Of a stretch of DNA of 40,175 nt, positions 1 through 8,445 are shown piece after piece. A program made the position numbers and the translations under genes. The DNA lies in sequence record PQ227709. One strand, 5' to 3'. Below the pieces are notes generated by a model, which was not told where the DNA came from, ran no database searches, and was given only the letters and a program-made list of their open reading frames with translations. Numbering within the stretch: position 1 is the first letter of the stretch; each line of letters begins with the position of its first letter. This DNA is from Escherichia phage 536_P3.

Positions 1-251
1 TCTCATAGTGTAAGAACCTCAAGTACCCCCCATAGCCCTCTTAAAGCCACCTAAAGTCAGCCCTACCCCTAGGGTTTAACCTTCGGTTAACCTTGAGTGT
101 AGCGATAGCTCACTACGGTATCTCTCCAAGTGGTCTATAGGATAGCCTAAAGTGTTGCCTAAAGTCAATACCTAAAGTGGTGGATGGCTTAAGGAGAGGC
201 TTAAAGAGTGTCCTAGTGTACCAGTTCGATAGTACATCTCTATGTGTCCCT
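1..251. repeat. Left direct terminal repeat (DTR); identical copy at 39925..40175
   Basis: First 251 nt (tctcatagtgtaagaacctc...tctatgtgtccct) recur at the window end by direct comparison; typical of T7-like terminally redundant genomes. Confidence 0.9.
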
Positions 252-273
252 ATCTGTTAGCCTCATAAAGTAA

Positions 274-338
274 ACCCTAAAGACATCACCTAAAGCCACT
301 ACCTAAAGACCAGACCTAAAGCCATCACCTAAAGAGTG
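274..338. repeat. Array of five ~13-bp units with CCTAAAG core, just inside the left DTR
   Basis: cctaaagacatca/cctaaagccacta/cctaaagaccaga/cctaaagccatca/cctaaagagtgcc read directly; T7-like genomes carry CCTAAAG short repeats flanking the terminal repeats. Confidence 0.8.
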
Positions 339-412
339 CCGCTATCTTAAAGACAACCAGACCGATAGACCCATTGTTAACCTGTAGTGATGCCTTGTAG
401 TTATCTGTAGTC

Positions 413-436
413 AATTCAATTACCCTCACTAAAGGG
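413..436 (+). promoter_or_regulatory. T3-type phage RNAP promoter (phiOL position)
   Basis: aattcaattaccctcactaaagggaat, variant of the T3 consensus AATTAACCCTCACTAAAGGGAGA. Confidence 0.7.
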
Positions 437-492
437 AATAAGGGATACTTAAAGAGGGAATAAGGGATTTAATAAAAGATTTAAATTAATGG

Positions 493-522
493 TTGACTTT
501 AAGTAACCCTTAAGGCTATTAT
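493..522 (+). promoter_or_regulatory. Host sigma70 early promoter A1
   Basis: TTGACT, 18-nt spacer, TATTAT; flanking sequence parallels my recollection of the T7 A1 region. Confidence 0.65.
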
Positions 523-621
523 TCATCTCGTCAACGGGACAACGGCCTTAAAGCCACTCCCTGAGATACCGGAGTCAACCGGATAAGTAGACAGCCTGAT
601 AAGTCATACGAAAAACAGGCA

Positions 622-651
622 TTGACAACATGAAGTAACATGCAGTAAGAT
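622..651 (+). promoter_or_regulatory. Host sigma70 early promoter A2
   Basis: TTGACA, 18 nt, TAAGAT; near-identical to recalled T7 A2 (ttgacaacatgaagtaacatgcagtaagatac). Confidence 0.75.
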
Positions 652-746
652 ACACAACGCTAGGTAACACTAGCAACGTCAACCGGACACAAGGTGTCTT
701 CTAGGTGACTTAAGCGCACCACGGCATATAAAGCGAAACAAAATGG

Positions 747-775
747 TTGACAACATGAAGTAAACACGGTACGAT
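747..775 (+). promoter_or_regulatory. Host sigma70 early promoter A3
   Basis: TTGACA, 17 nt, TACGAT; matches recalled T7 A3 (ggttgacaacatgaagtaaacacggtacgatgtaccac). Confidence 0.75.
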
Positions 776-826
776 GTACCACGAAATGACGGAACAGTGA
801 GGCGGGACACTGAAAGCCGCTAGGGT

Positions 827-1080
827 CTAACGAAACCAGACCGACACGCTCTTTAACAATCTGGATAATAGCTCTTGAGTGTACCGATGTATAAGCGAAT
901 AACTCAAGGTCGCACTGAAAGCGTGGCCTTTATGATATTCACTTAACACGAACCTAACGAAACCAGACCGACACGCTCTTTAACAATCTGGATAATAGCT
1001 CTTGAGTGTACCGATGTATAAGCGAATAACTCAAGGTCGCACTGAAAGCGTGGCCTTTATGATATTCACTTAACACGAAC
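827..1080 (+). repeat. Perfect tandem duplication, 2 x 127 bp, each unit carrying a boxA-like CGCTCTTTAACAA and the R0.3 RNase III hairpin
   Basis: Unit ctaacgaaaccagaccgacacgctctttaacaatctgg...ctttatgatattcacttaacacgaac at 827..953 repeats at 954..1080 with no mismatch seen. Confidence 0.9.
1027..1070 (+). promoter_or_regulatory. RNase III processing site R0.3 (second copy at 900..943)
   Basis: aactcaaggtcgcactgaaagcgtggcctttatgatattcact, hallmark T7-group RNase III hairpin. Confidence 0.75.
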
Positions 1081-1099
1081 TAACATGAGGTAACACCAA

Positions 1100-1558
1100 A
1101 TGATTTTCACTAAAGAGCCTGCTAACGTCTTCTATGTACTGGTGTCAGCTTTCCGTTCAAACCTTGATGATGAGGTTAACATGAGTCGCCACCGCCACAT
1201 GGTTAGCACTTTACGTGCCGCACCGGGTATTTATGGCTCCGTTGAGTCAACCGATTTGACCGGGTGCTATCGTGAGGCAATCGCAAGCGCACCGACTGAG
1301 GAAAAAACGGTTCGTGTACGCTGCAAGGACAAGGCGCAGGCACTCAATGTTGCACGCTTAGCTTGCAATGAGTGGGAGCAAGATTGCGTACTGGTATACA
1401 AATCACAGACTCACACGGCTGGTCTGGTGTACGCTAAAGGTATCGACGGGTATAAGGCTGAACGTCTGCCGGGTAGCTTCCAAGAGGTTCCTAAAGGCGC
1501 ACCGCTGCAAGGCTGCTTTACGATTGACGAGTTCGGTCGCCGCTGGCAGGTGGCCTAA
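1100..1558 (+). CDS. 0.3: S-adenosyl-L-methionine hydrolase/lyase (SAMase), anti-restriction gene 0.3 of the T3 type
   Basis: 152-aa ORF, ATG with GAGG RBS; sequence MIFTKEPANVFYVLVSAF...FGRRWQV matches my recollection of T3 SAMase; first gene after the early promoters. Confidence 0.9.
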   Translation: MIFTKEPANVFYVLVSAFRSNLDDEVNMSRHRHMVSTLRAAPGIYGSVESTDLTGCYREAIASAPTEEKTVRVRCKDKAQALNVARLACNEWEQDCVLVYKSQTHTAGLVYAKGIDGYKAERLPGSFQEVPKGAPLQGCFTIDEFGRRWQVA

Positions 1559-1559
1559 C

Positions 1560-1715
1560 ATGAATCGTTATTACATCAACGTACCGGGCTGGGGTGGGTC
1601 TCTAACCTGCTACGGATACAACGAACGGGACGCACGGAAACGTTTTAGAGAACAACACGGCTTCGGAAGGCTTCCTAATGGGACGCGCCTATGGCTGGAC
1701 GCCCGTGATTGGTAA
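1560..1715 (+). CDS. Hypothetical 51-aa early protein (gene 0.4/0.45 position)
   Basis: ATG at 1560 overlaps the 0.3 stop (TAACATG); the track ORF 1368..1715 is an upstream extension in a frame overlapping 0.3. Confidence 0.55.
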   Translation: MNRYYINVPGWGGSLTCYGYNERDARKRFREQHGFGRLPNGTRLWLDARDW

Positions 1716-1719
1716 GTGA

Positions 1720-1765
1720 TAGACTCAAGGTCGCACTGTATGTGTGGCCTTTATGATTATCACTT
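1720..1765 (+). promoter_or_regulatory. RNase III processing site
   Basis: agactcaaggtcgcactgtatgtgtggcctttatgattatcact. Confidence 0.7.
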
Positions 1766-1779
1766 ATAGGACTAACACC

Positions 1780-1980
1780 ATGAGTAAACTTCTGGCAACA
1801 TCTAAAATAGAAGGCCAATGCACCGTAACACTGCGTGAGTATTACCACGGGTCAATGGGAAGCACCTATGTTGTGCGATACGGTAAACAGGTAACACATT
1901 GGGTAAACCCGATTTTAGCACAAGAGGATTATCAAGCCTGTGTGATACACCAAGCAACATGTGCGGGCTGGAATGATTGA
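1780..1980 (+). CDS. Hypothetical early protein (gene 0.6 position)
   Basis: Track ORF 1744..1980 begins at GTG inside the RNase III hairpin; first in-frame ATG at 1780 (MSKLLATSKIEG...). Confidence 0.5.
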   Translation: MSKLLATSKIEGQCTVTLREYYHGSMGSTYVVRYGKQVTHWVNPILAQEDYQACVIHQATCAGWND

Positions 1981-1999
1981 CATTATGGGAGGATTAGCA

Positions 2000-2158
2000 A
2001 TGGTTATCTTTATCGCTGTCGCACTCTTTGCGGTCGCTGGCTGGTACTCTGAGTCACGCAAGGCCGCTCGCTATCATCGCAAGATGGTTAAACTCATGGA
2101 ACACTTGGACGCAGAAGGGCGAGGCCGCGAGGCTATCGAACTGGTGAAACACGCATGA
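2000..2158 (+). CDS. Small hydrophobic protein (gene 0.65 position), probable membrane protein
   Basis: Track ORF 1961..2158 starts at GTG; ATG at 2000 follows GGGAGGA RBS; MVIFIAVALFAVAGWY is a hydrophobic helix. Confidence 0.5.
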   Translation: MVIFIAVALFAVAGWYSESRKAARYHRKMVKLMEHLDAEGRGREAIELVKHA

Positions 2159-2523
2159 TGATTCTCTTTATCGCACTGGTCTATCTGTGCATCGCAATGT
2201 AATTTATGCGAGACTTTAAGCGCGGTCTGGCAATACACAAGGCAACGCTGAGTTACTTTAAGTGGGGATTCATCCCACGGTTTACGGTTCGTGAACGCAA
2301 CGGACGCTTTAAGGCCAACAAGGTAGGAGTATTTTACATTGCTACGCACTAACTCAAAGCACGTAAAGACCGCACTGTATGCGATGGCGTATGGTGCATC
2401 GAAACGCAAGGTCAAACGCATCTTAACGAGACACCGCAAGATGACCGCACGACAGGCTGCAAGCGCTGTCAAATGGGCTGAATTTACTCTTTACTCTTCT
2501 TACAGATAACAGGACACTGAACG

Positions 2524-3633
2524 ATGACTTTCACCGAAGCACAAGCCACACTCGAAGCTATCCGCAACCTGCCGATTGACCGATTGGACGAACGCCAGCC
2601 CATGCTGGTGGCTCTTGCGGCTGCTATCGTGAACGCTGAGACTCAAGACGGCGAACTGACGCAGGCCAAGGGCAATTGGGGTCTGGAGTCTATGGACTAC
2701 TGGCAGACACTGGCTGAGCGTATGCGTGATGTTGGATTTGTACGCTTGGGTAACGGTCACTTTAGCGCAGCATATGAGCACGCATTGTTACCGGGCAAGG
2801 TTATCAAGGTAGGCTTTAAGAAAGAGGATTCAGGCGCTGCCTATGCTGCATTCTGCCGTATGAATCAGGGTCGTGAGGGTATCCCTACGGTGTACGACAT
2901 TCAGCGTCATACAGGCTGCTACACGGTGGTACTGGACTACCTGACGCCGCTTAACGATTGGTGCCACGGTGAAAGCGATAAGATTCGCCACCACTTCCAC
3001 GCTGCAAGGGAAATCATTGAGGAGGATTGCTTCGACACCGCCGAAGAGTACCCGATAAGCGAGGGCTTCATTGAGACCTGCAAGGATATTCGCAAGTTCT
3101 TCTTAGGCATCGCATCGTTCGATTGTCACAGCGGGAACATGATGAAAGACCAGATGGGACGCTTGATTATCACCGACCCGGTGTCATTCAGCGCAGACGA
3201 CAAGTTGAAGCCGGGTGAATTTCACTGTGACCCGGATGAACTAATCGCCGAGATTGAGGCGCTGAGGGCGCAGGAGGCTATCGAGCGCTGCAAGGCACGT
3301 AAGGCTAGGCGTGACCCTAAAGGAACCTTTCAGGTAGCGCGTAAAGCACGCATCAAGTGGCGCAGAAAGGCCGCTAAGCGCGTAAAGCACAACGCTAAGG
3401 TACTCGCTAGGATGCGCATGGACGCCAATCAGAATCGCAGGGATGAGCCTAGGGCGCGTATGGTGTGGGGTGATAAGCACTGGCGCAACGCTTGGATGCA
3501 CCACAATAACCTAAACTTTGCAGAACTGGAGCGCCGCGCTGCTGCGGCAATGATGATGCACGACGAGGTGCGCATTCAGTGGGGCAAACCGTTACACATA
3601 GACGCATACCTTGACAGGAGACTGCAAGGCTGA
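2524..3633 (+). CDS. 0.7: Serine/threonine protein kinase and host transcription shutoff protein
   Basis: 369-aa ORF between the 0.3 region and the RNAP gene; size and position match T7/T3 gp0.7. Confidence 0.85.
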   Translation: MTFTEAQATLEAIRNLPIDRLDERQPMLVALAAAIVNAETQDGELTQAKGNWGLESMDYWQTLAERMRDVGFVRLGNGHFSAAYEHALLPGKVIKVGFKKEDSGAAYAAFCRMNQGREGIPTVYDIQRHTGCYTVVLDYLTPLNDWCHGESDKIRHHFHAAREIIEEDCFDTAEEYPISEGFIETCKDIRKFFLGIASFDCHSGNMMKDQMGRLIITDPVSFSADDKLKPGEFHCDPDELIAEIEALRAQEAIERCKARKARRDPKGTFQVARKARIKWRRKAAKRVKHNAKVLARMRMDANQNRRDEPRARMVWGDKHWRNAWMHHNNLNFAELERRAAAAMMMHDEVRIQWGKPLHIDAYLDRRLQG

Positions 3634-3703
3634 TAGAGTCTTTTCTTACAGGTCATCATGAGGTGGCCTGAATAGGAACGATTTATTCACAATGAGGTAA
3701 GCA

Positions 3704-6358
3704 ATGAACATCATCGAAACTATCGAAAAGAATGACTTCTCCGAAATCGAACTGGCTGCTATCCCGTTCAACACACTGGCAGACCACTACGGCAGCGCAT
3801 TGGCTCGTGAACAACTAGCTTTAGAACATGAGTCTTATGAGCTAGGCGAGCGCCGCTTCCTCAAGATGCTTGAGCGTCAAGCGAAAGCTGGTGAGATTGC
3901 AGACAACGCAGCCGCTAAGCCGTTACTCGCTACACTTCTCCCTAAGTTAACCACACGTATCGTCGAGTGGCTCGAAGAGTACGCATCGAAGAAAGGCCGC
4001 AAGCCCGTAGCCTATGCACCGCTCCAGTTACTCAAGCCGGAAGCCTCCGCGTTTATCACCCTGAAAGTTATCCTTGCGTCACTGACCAGCACGAACATGA
4101 CAACCATTCAGGCCGCTGCTGGTATGCTGGGGAAGGCCATTGAGGATGAGGCACGTTTCGGTCGCATCCGTGACCTCGAAGCGAAGCACTTCAAGAAGCA
4201 CGTTGAGGAACAACTCAACAAACGCCACGGGCAAGTCTACAAGAAAGCCTTTATGCAGGTGGTCGAGGCCGATATGATTGGTCGAGGACTGCTTGGTGGC
4301 GAGGCGTGGTCTAGCTGGGATAAAGAAACCACGATGCACGTAGGGATTCGCCTGATTGAAATGCTGATTGAATCCACGGGTCTGGTGGAATTACAGCGCC
4401 ACAACGCAGGTAACGCAGGCTCTGACCATGAGGCACTGCAACTGGCCCAAGAGTACGTGGACGTATTAGCGAAGCGTGCAGGCGCTCTAGCGGGTATCTC
4501 TCCGATGTTCCAGCCGTGTGTCGTACCGCCGAAACCTTGGGTAGCAATCACCGGGGGCGGCTATTGGGCTAACGGTCGCAGACCTTTGGCACTAGTTCGC
4601 ACTCACTCTAAGAAGGGCTTGATGCGCTACGAAGACGTTTACATGCCAGAAGTCTACAAGGCTGTGAACATCGCGCAAAACACCGCATGGAAAATCAACA
4701 AGAAAGTTCTTGCGGTTGTCAATGAGATTGTGAACTGGAAGAACTGCCCGGTCGCAGACATTCCATCTCTGGAGCGCCAAGAGTTACCGCCTAAGCCGGA
4801 CGACATTGACACCAACGAGGCAGCACTCAAGGAGTGGAAGAAAGCCGCTGCTGGTATCTATCGCTTGGACAAGGCACGAGTGTCTCGCCGTATCAGCTTA
4901 GAGTTCATGCTGGAGCAGGCCAACAAGTTTGCAAACAAGAAAGCAATCTGGTTCCCTTACAACATGGACTGGCGCGGTCGCGTGTACGCTGTGCCGATGT
5001 TCAACCCGCAAGGCAACGACATGACGAAAGGCCTGCTGACCCTCGCTAAAGGAAAGCCAATCGGTGAGGAAGGTTTCTACTGGCTGAAAATCCACGGTGC
5101 GAACTGTGCAGGTGTCGATAAGGTTCCTTTCCCTGAGCGCATCGCGTTCATTGAGAAGCACGTAGACGACATTCTGGCTTGCGCTAAAGACCCAATCAAT
5201 AACACTTGGTGGGCCGAGCAGGATTCACCTTTCTGTTTCCTAGCGTTCTGCTTCGAGTATGCAGGCGTTGCGCACCACGGTCTGAGCTACAACTGCTCTC
5301 TGCCGCTGGCGTTCGACGGGTCTTGCTCTGGTATCCAGCACTTCTCCGCGATGCTCCGCGATGAGGTAGGTGGTCGTGCGGTTAACCTGCTGCCAAGCGA
5401 AACCGTGCAGGACATTTACGGCATCGTTGCGCAGAAAGTAAACGAGATTCTCAAACAGGATGCAATCAACGGCACGCCTAACGAGATGATTACCGTGACC
5501 GACAAGGACACCGGGGAAATCTCTGAGAAGCTCAAGCTGGGAACCTCAACGCTGGCGCAACAGTGGCTGGCATACGGTGTAACCCGTAGCGTAACTAAAC
5601 GTTCGGTCATGACGCTGGCTTACGGTTCCAAGGAGTTCGGCTTTCGTCAACAGGTATTGGACGACACCATTCAACCTGCGATTGACAGCGGTAAGGGCTT
5701 GATGTTCACCCAACCTAACCAAGCGGCTGGTTATATGGCTAAGCTGATTTGGGACGCGGTGAGCGTGACCGTAGTCGCAGCGGTTGAGGCGATGAACTGG
5801 CTCAAGTCTGCCGCGAAGCTGCTGGCTGCTGAGGTCAAGGACAAGAAGACCAAGGAGATTCTGCGCCACCGTTGCGCGGTTCACTGGACTACGCCGGACG
5901 GCTTCCCGGTCTGGCAGGAATACCGTAAGCCACTCCAGAAGCGTCTCGATATGATTTTCTTAGGGCAATTCCGTCTGCAACCGACGATTAATACCCTCAA
6001 GGATTCAGGCATTGACGCACACAAGCAGGAGTCTGGCATCGCGCCTAACTTTGTTCACTCACAGGATGGTAGCCACCTCCGCATGACAGTCGTTTATGCT
6101 CACGAGAAGTATGGCATTGAGTCCTTTGCGCTCATCCATGACAGCTTTGGGACTATCCCGGTAGACGCTGGTAAGCTCTTTAAGGCTGTGCGTGAAACGA
6201 TGGTTATCACCTATGAGAACAACGATGTGCTGGCAGACTTCTATGACCAGTTTGCAGACCAGCTACACGAGACCCAACTGGACAAGATGCCTCCGCTTCC
6301 GAAGAAAGGAAACCTGAACCTGCAAGACATTCTCAAGTCTGACTTTGCCTTTGCATAA
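3704..6358 (+). CDS. 1: Single-subunit DNA-dependent RNA polymerase (T3 type)
   Basis: 884 aa; MNIIE(T)IEKNDFSEIELAAIPFNTLADHYG...DFAFA matches recalled T3 RNAP; all phage promoters here are of T3 specificity. Confidence 0.97.
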   Translation: MNIIETIEKNDFSEIELAAIPFNTLADHYGSALAREQLALEHESYELGERRFLKMLERQAKAGEIADNAAAKPLLATLLPKLTTRIVEWLEEYASKKGRKPVAYAPLQLLKPEASAFITLKVILASLTSTNMTTIQAAAGMLGKAIEDEARFGRIRDLEAKHFKKHVEEQLNKRHGQVYKKAFMQVVEADMIGRGLLGGEAWSSWDKETTMHVGIRLIEMLIESTGLVELQRHNAGNAGSDHEALQLAQEYVDVLAKRAGALAGISPMFQPCVVPPKPWVAITGGGYWANGRRPLALVRTHSKKGLMRYEDVYMPEVYKAVNIAQNTAWKINKKVLAVVNEIVNWKNCPVADIPSLERQELPPKPDDIDTNEAALKEWKKAAAGIYRLDKARVSRRISLEFMLEQANKFANKKAIWFPYNMDWRGRVYAVPMFNPQGNDMTKGLLTLAKGKPIGEEGFYWLKIHGANCAGVDKVPFPERIAFIEKHVDDILACAKDPINNTWWAEQDSPFCFLAFCFEYAGVAHHGLSYNCSLPLAFDGSCSGIQHFSAMLRDEVGGRAVNLLPSETVQDIYGIVAQKVNEILKQDAINGTPNEMITVTDKDTGEISEKLKLGTSTLAQQWLAYGVTRSVTKRSVMTLAYGSKEFGFRQQVLDDTIQPAIDSGKGLMFTQPNQAAGYMAKLIWDAVSVTVVAAVEAMNWLKSAAKLLAAEVKDKKTKEILRHRCAVHWTTPDGFPVWQEYRKPLQKRLDMIFLGQFRLQPTINTLKDSGIDAHKQESGIAPNFVHSQDGSHLRMTVVYAHEKYGIESFALIHDSFGTIPVDAGKLFKAVRETMVITYENNDVLADFYDQFADQLHETQLDKMPPLPKKGNLNLQDILKSDFAFA

Positions 6359-6370
6359 CAAGCACTTAGC

Positions 6371-6394
6371 ATTAACCCTCACTAACGGGAGACT
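6371..6394 (+). promoter_or_regulatory. T3-type phage promoter (phi1.05 position)
   Basis: attaaccctcactaacgggagact. Confidence 0.8.
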
Positions 6395-6444
6395 ACTTAA
6401 GGTCTCCCACTTTAAGACACTTTAGGTACTAAGAGATTAAATTT

Positions 6445-6717
6445 ATGATTAACATTAAGACTTTCTTTAAGAACATCTTTAAGTTAAACCGCTTGACTTC
6501 CGTTAAGTTCTACGCTTGGATGCCCGGTAGTGATGACCTCCGCAAGACTGAATTTAAGCTAGGCTTAGGGCCGTGCGGTAAGGTGGTCACGAAGTTGGAA
6601 TGTTACTCAACGTCCTCCGGGATGGTCATCTTCCAGACCACTGAGGACAACGAAACGAAATCCTTCTACTACCCGGAAGGTTCAACGTGTGGTCGTATCG
6701 AACGGACATACAGTTAA
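6445..6717 (+). CDS. 1.05: Hypothetical protein, gene 1.05 position
   Basis: 90-aa ORF with ATG immediately downstream of a phage promoter. Confidence 0.6.
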   Translation: MINIKTFFKNIFKLNRLTSVKFYAWMPGSDDLRKTEFKLGLGPCGKVVTKLECYSTSSGMVIFQTTEDNETKSFYYPEGSTCGRIERTYS

Positions 6718-6737
6718 CCCTCACTAACGGGAGAGTT
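6714..6737 (+). promoter_or_regulatory. T3-type phage promoter (phi1.1 position)
   Basis: agttaaccctcactaacgggagagt, overlapping the 1.05 stop. Confidence 0.8.
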
Positions 6738-6740
6738 AGC

Positions 6741-6776
6741 CTCAAGGTCATCAAAGCGGGTGGCCTTTGTGATTAA
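6741..6776 (+). promoter_or_regulatory. RNase III processing site R1.1
   Basis: ctcaaggtcatcaaagcgggtggcctttgtgattaa. Confidence 0.7.
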
Positions 6777-6809
6777 CTTTCAATACACATCAACATGAGG
6801 TAAGATACT

Positions 6810-6950
6810 ATGCGTACCAACTTTGAGAAATTTACCAAGCGCGATTCAGTGGTCAACGAGCATGGCGAACAGTGGCAAGAGCGCCGTGACCGCATGAAGA
6901 AACGCCACAAGCAGCAGCGCGGTAACTCACAGAAACGGGAGTGGAACTAA
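6810..6950 (+). CDS. 1.1: Gene 1.1 small basic protein
   Basis: 46-aa ORF MRTNFEKFTKRDSVVNEHGEQWQERRDRMKKRHKQQRGNSQKREWN translated by hand; GAGG RBS; below the 60-aa track cutoff. Confidence 0.7.
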   Translation: MRTNFEKFTKRDSVVNEHGEQWQERRDRMKKRHKQQRGNSQKREWN

Positions 6951-7225
6951 TGATGGGACGTATCTATAGCGGCAACCTGAACGATTACAAAGATGCGGTA
7001 GCGCGTCTACAGGAAGACCATGATGTGACCGTGAAGATGGAGTCATTTAGCTACGAAAACCCAGCGAAGATGTGCAGGTCATGCGGTGAGGTTCTCCGTG
7101 TGTTCACACGCTCCGGGCATCTGGTGGCATCCAGAACCTTCGAGCATAGCGACAGCGATGTACAAATCAACGCGCAGACTGCATGGCTCCGTAAGGTTCA
7201 CAGCGAATTGAAACACTGGAAGTAA
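6950..7225 (+). CDS. 1.2: Gene 1.2 protein (inhibitor of host dGTPase in T7)
   Basis: Track ORF starts at GTG 6941; ATG at 6950 overlaps the 1.1 stop (TAATG); MMGRIYSGNL...KHWK resembles recalled T7 gp1.2 (MGRLYSGNL...KDWK). Confidence 0.8.
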   Translation: MMGRIYSGNLNDYKDAVARLQEDHDVTVKMESFSYENPAKMCRSCGEVLRVFTRSGHLVASRTFEHSDSDVQINAQTAWLRKVHSELKHWK

Positions 7226-7248
7226 TAACCCTCACTAACAGGAGAATC
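7225..7248 (+). promoter_or_regulatory. T3-type phage promoter variant (phi1.3)
   Basis: taataaccctcactaacaggagaa. Confidence 0.7.
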
Positions 7249-7283
7249 CTCAAGGTCACTTTAACGAGTGGCCTTCGTGATTC
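7248..7283 (+). promoter_or_regulatory. RNase III processing site R1.3
   Basis: cctcaaggtcactttaacgagtggccttcgtgattc. Confidence 0.65.
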
Positions 7284-7319
7284 GAACTGATTAACTTTCA
7301 AACAATGAGGAACAACCTT

Positions 7320-8366
7320 ATGAACATCTTCAATACCAACCCATTCAAAGCTGTGTCATTCGTAGAGTCTGCCGTTAAGAAAGCGCTGGAGACCTCCGGC
7401 TACCTGATGGCTGACATTAAGTATGATGGCGTGCGTGGTAACATTGTGGTTGACAACGTGGCTGAGGCCGCATGGCTGTCCCGCGTGTCCAAGTTCATCC
7501 CGGCGCTGGAACACCTGAACGGTTTCGATAAGCGCTGGCAGCAACTTCTTAACGATGACCGCTGCATCTTCCCGGATGGCTTCATGCTGGATGGTGAACT
7601 GATGGTCAAAGGTGTAGACTTCAACACCGGGTCTGGCCTGCTGCGTACCAAGTGGCTCAAGAAGGATAACGCCGATTTCCATAACGTAATGGTCACACCA
7701 GACATGCTCAAGCCACGTAAGGTGGGAGTAGCTAAACGGGTTCGCACCGCCTTTGAGTTGGACACTAAGCGCCTGAGCGTGCGCCTGTATGCGGTCATGC
7801 CGATTCACATTGCGGAGTCTGGCGAGGATTACGATGTGCAGAACCTGCTGATGCCATATCATGTGGAAGCCATGCGCTCTCTTCTGGTTGAATACTTCCC
7901 GGAAATCGAGTGGCTTATCGCTGAGACCTACGAGGTCTACGATATGGATTCACTGAGTGAACTGTACGAGGCCAAGCGTGCCGAAGGCCACGAGGGTCTC
8001 ATTGTGAAAGACCCACAGGGCATCTACAAGCGAGGCAAGAAGTCTGGCTGGTGGAAGCTCAAGCCTGAGTGTGAGGCTGATGGTATCATTCAGGGTGTCA
8101 ATTGGGGAACCGAAGGTTTAGCTAACGAGGGCAAAGTGATTGGCTTTAGTGTGCTTCTTGAGACTGGTCGTTTAGTAGACGCCAACAACATCTCTCGCGC
8201 ACTGATGGACGAGTTCACAGCCAACGTTAAGGCACACAGTGAAGACTTCTACAATGGGTGGGCCTGTCAGGTCAACTATATGGAAGAGACCCCGGATGGC
8301 TCCCTGCGTCACCCTAGCTTCGAAAAGTTCCGAGGCACTGAGGACAACCCTCAAGAGAAAATGTAA
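7320..8366 (+). CDS. 1.3: ATP-dependent DNA ligase
   Basis: Adenylation motif KYDGVRG; C-terminus ...ETPDGSLRHPSFEKFRGTEDNPQEKM matches recalled T7 ligase; ATG 7320 preferred over track start 7305 because of GAGG RBS 9 nt upstream. Confidence 0.93.
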   Translation: MNIFNTNPFKAVSFVESAVKKALETSGYLMADIKYDGVRGNIVVDNVAEAAWLSRVSKFIPALEHLNGFDKRWQQLLNDDRCIFPDGFMLDGELMVKGVDFNTGSGLLRTKWLKKDNADFHNVMVTPDMLKPRKVGVAKRVRTAFELDTKRLSVRLYAVMPIHIAESGEDYDVQNLLMPYHVEAMRSLLVEYFPEIEWLIAETYEVYDMDSLSELYEAKRAEGHEGLIVKDPQGIYKRGKKSGWWKLKPECEADGIIQGVNWGTEGLANEGKVIGFSVLLETGRLVDANNISRALMDEFTANVKAHSEDFYNGWACQVNYMEETPDGSLRHPSFEKFRGTEDNPQEKM

Positions 8367-8376
8367 CCAACTCACC

Positions 8377-8408
8377 GGCTCACCTTCACGGGTGGGCCTT
8401 TCTTCGTT
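8377..8408 (+). terminator. Early terminator TE for host RNAP (intrinsic hairpin plus U-tract)
   Basis: ggctcaccttcacgggtgggcc followed by tttcttcg, directly after the ligase stop. Confidence 0.7.
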
Positions 8409-8413
8409 CTAGG

Positions 8414-8438
8414 GAATTAACCCTCACTAACAGGAGAC
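8414..8438 (+). promoter_or_regulatory. T3-type phage promoter (phi1.5/1.6)
   Basis: gaattaaccctcactaacaggagac. Confidence 0.8.
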
Positions 8439-8445
8439 ACACACC

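Noticed and set aside
274-338. Possible CRISPR array suggested by regularly spaced CCTAAAG units
   Set aside because: Units are ~13 bp with 6-bp variable parts, far below CRISPR repeat and spacer sizes; these are the known T7-type terminal short repeats.
827-1080. Possible mobile element or CRISPR-like repeat for the 127-bp duplication
   Set aside because: Only two head-to-tail copies with no spacers, inverted ends or transposase; simple tandem duplication fits best.
1368-1559. Upstream part of track ORF 1368..1715 overlapping the SAMase gene in another frame
   Set aside because: Only the part from ATG 1560 is coupled to the 0.3 stop and is non-overlapping; the extension is most likely a chance open frame.
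3634-3703. Possible RNase III site R1 between 0.7 and gene 1 (acaggtcatcatgaggtggcctgaatagg)
   Set aside because: It only partly resembles the ACTCAAGG...GGCCTTTATGATT hairpins elsewhere; too degenerate to call from sequence alone.
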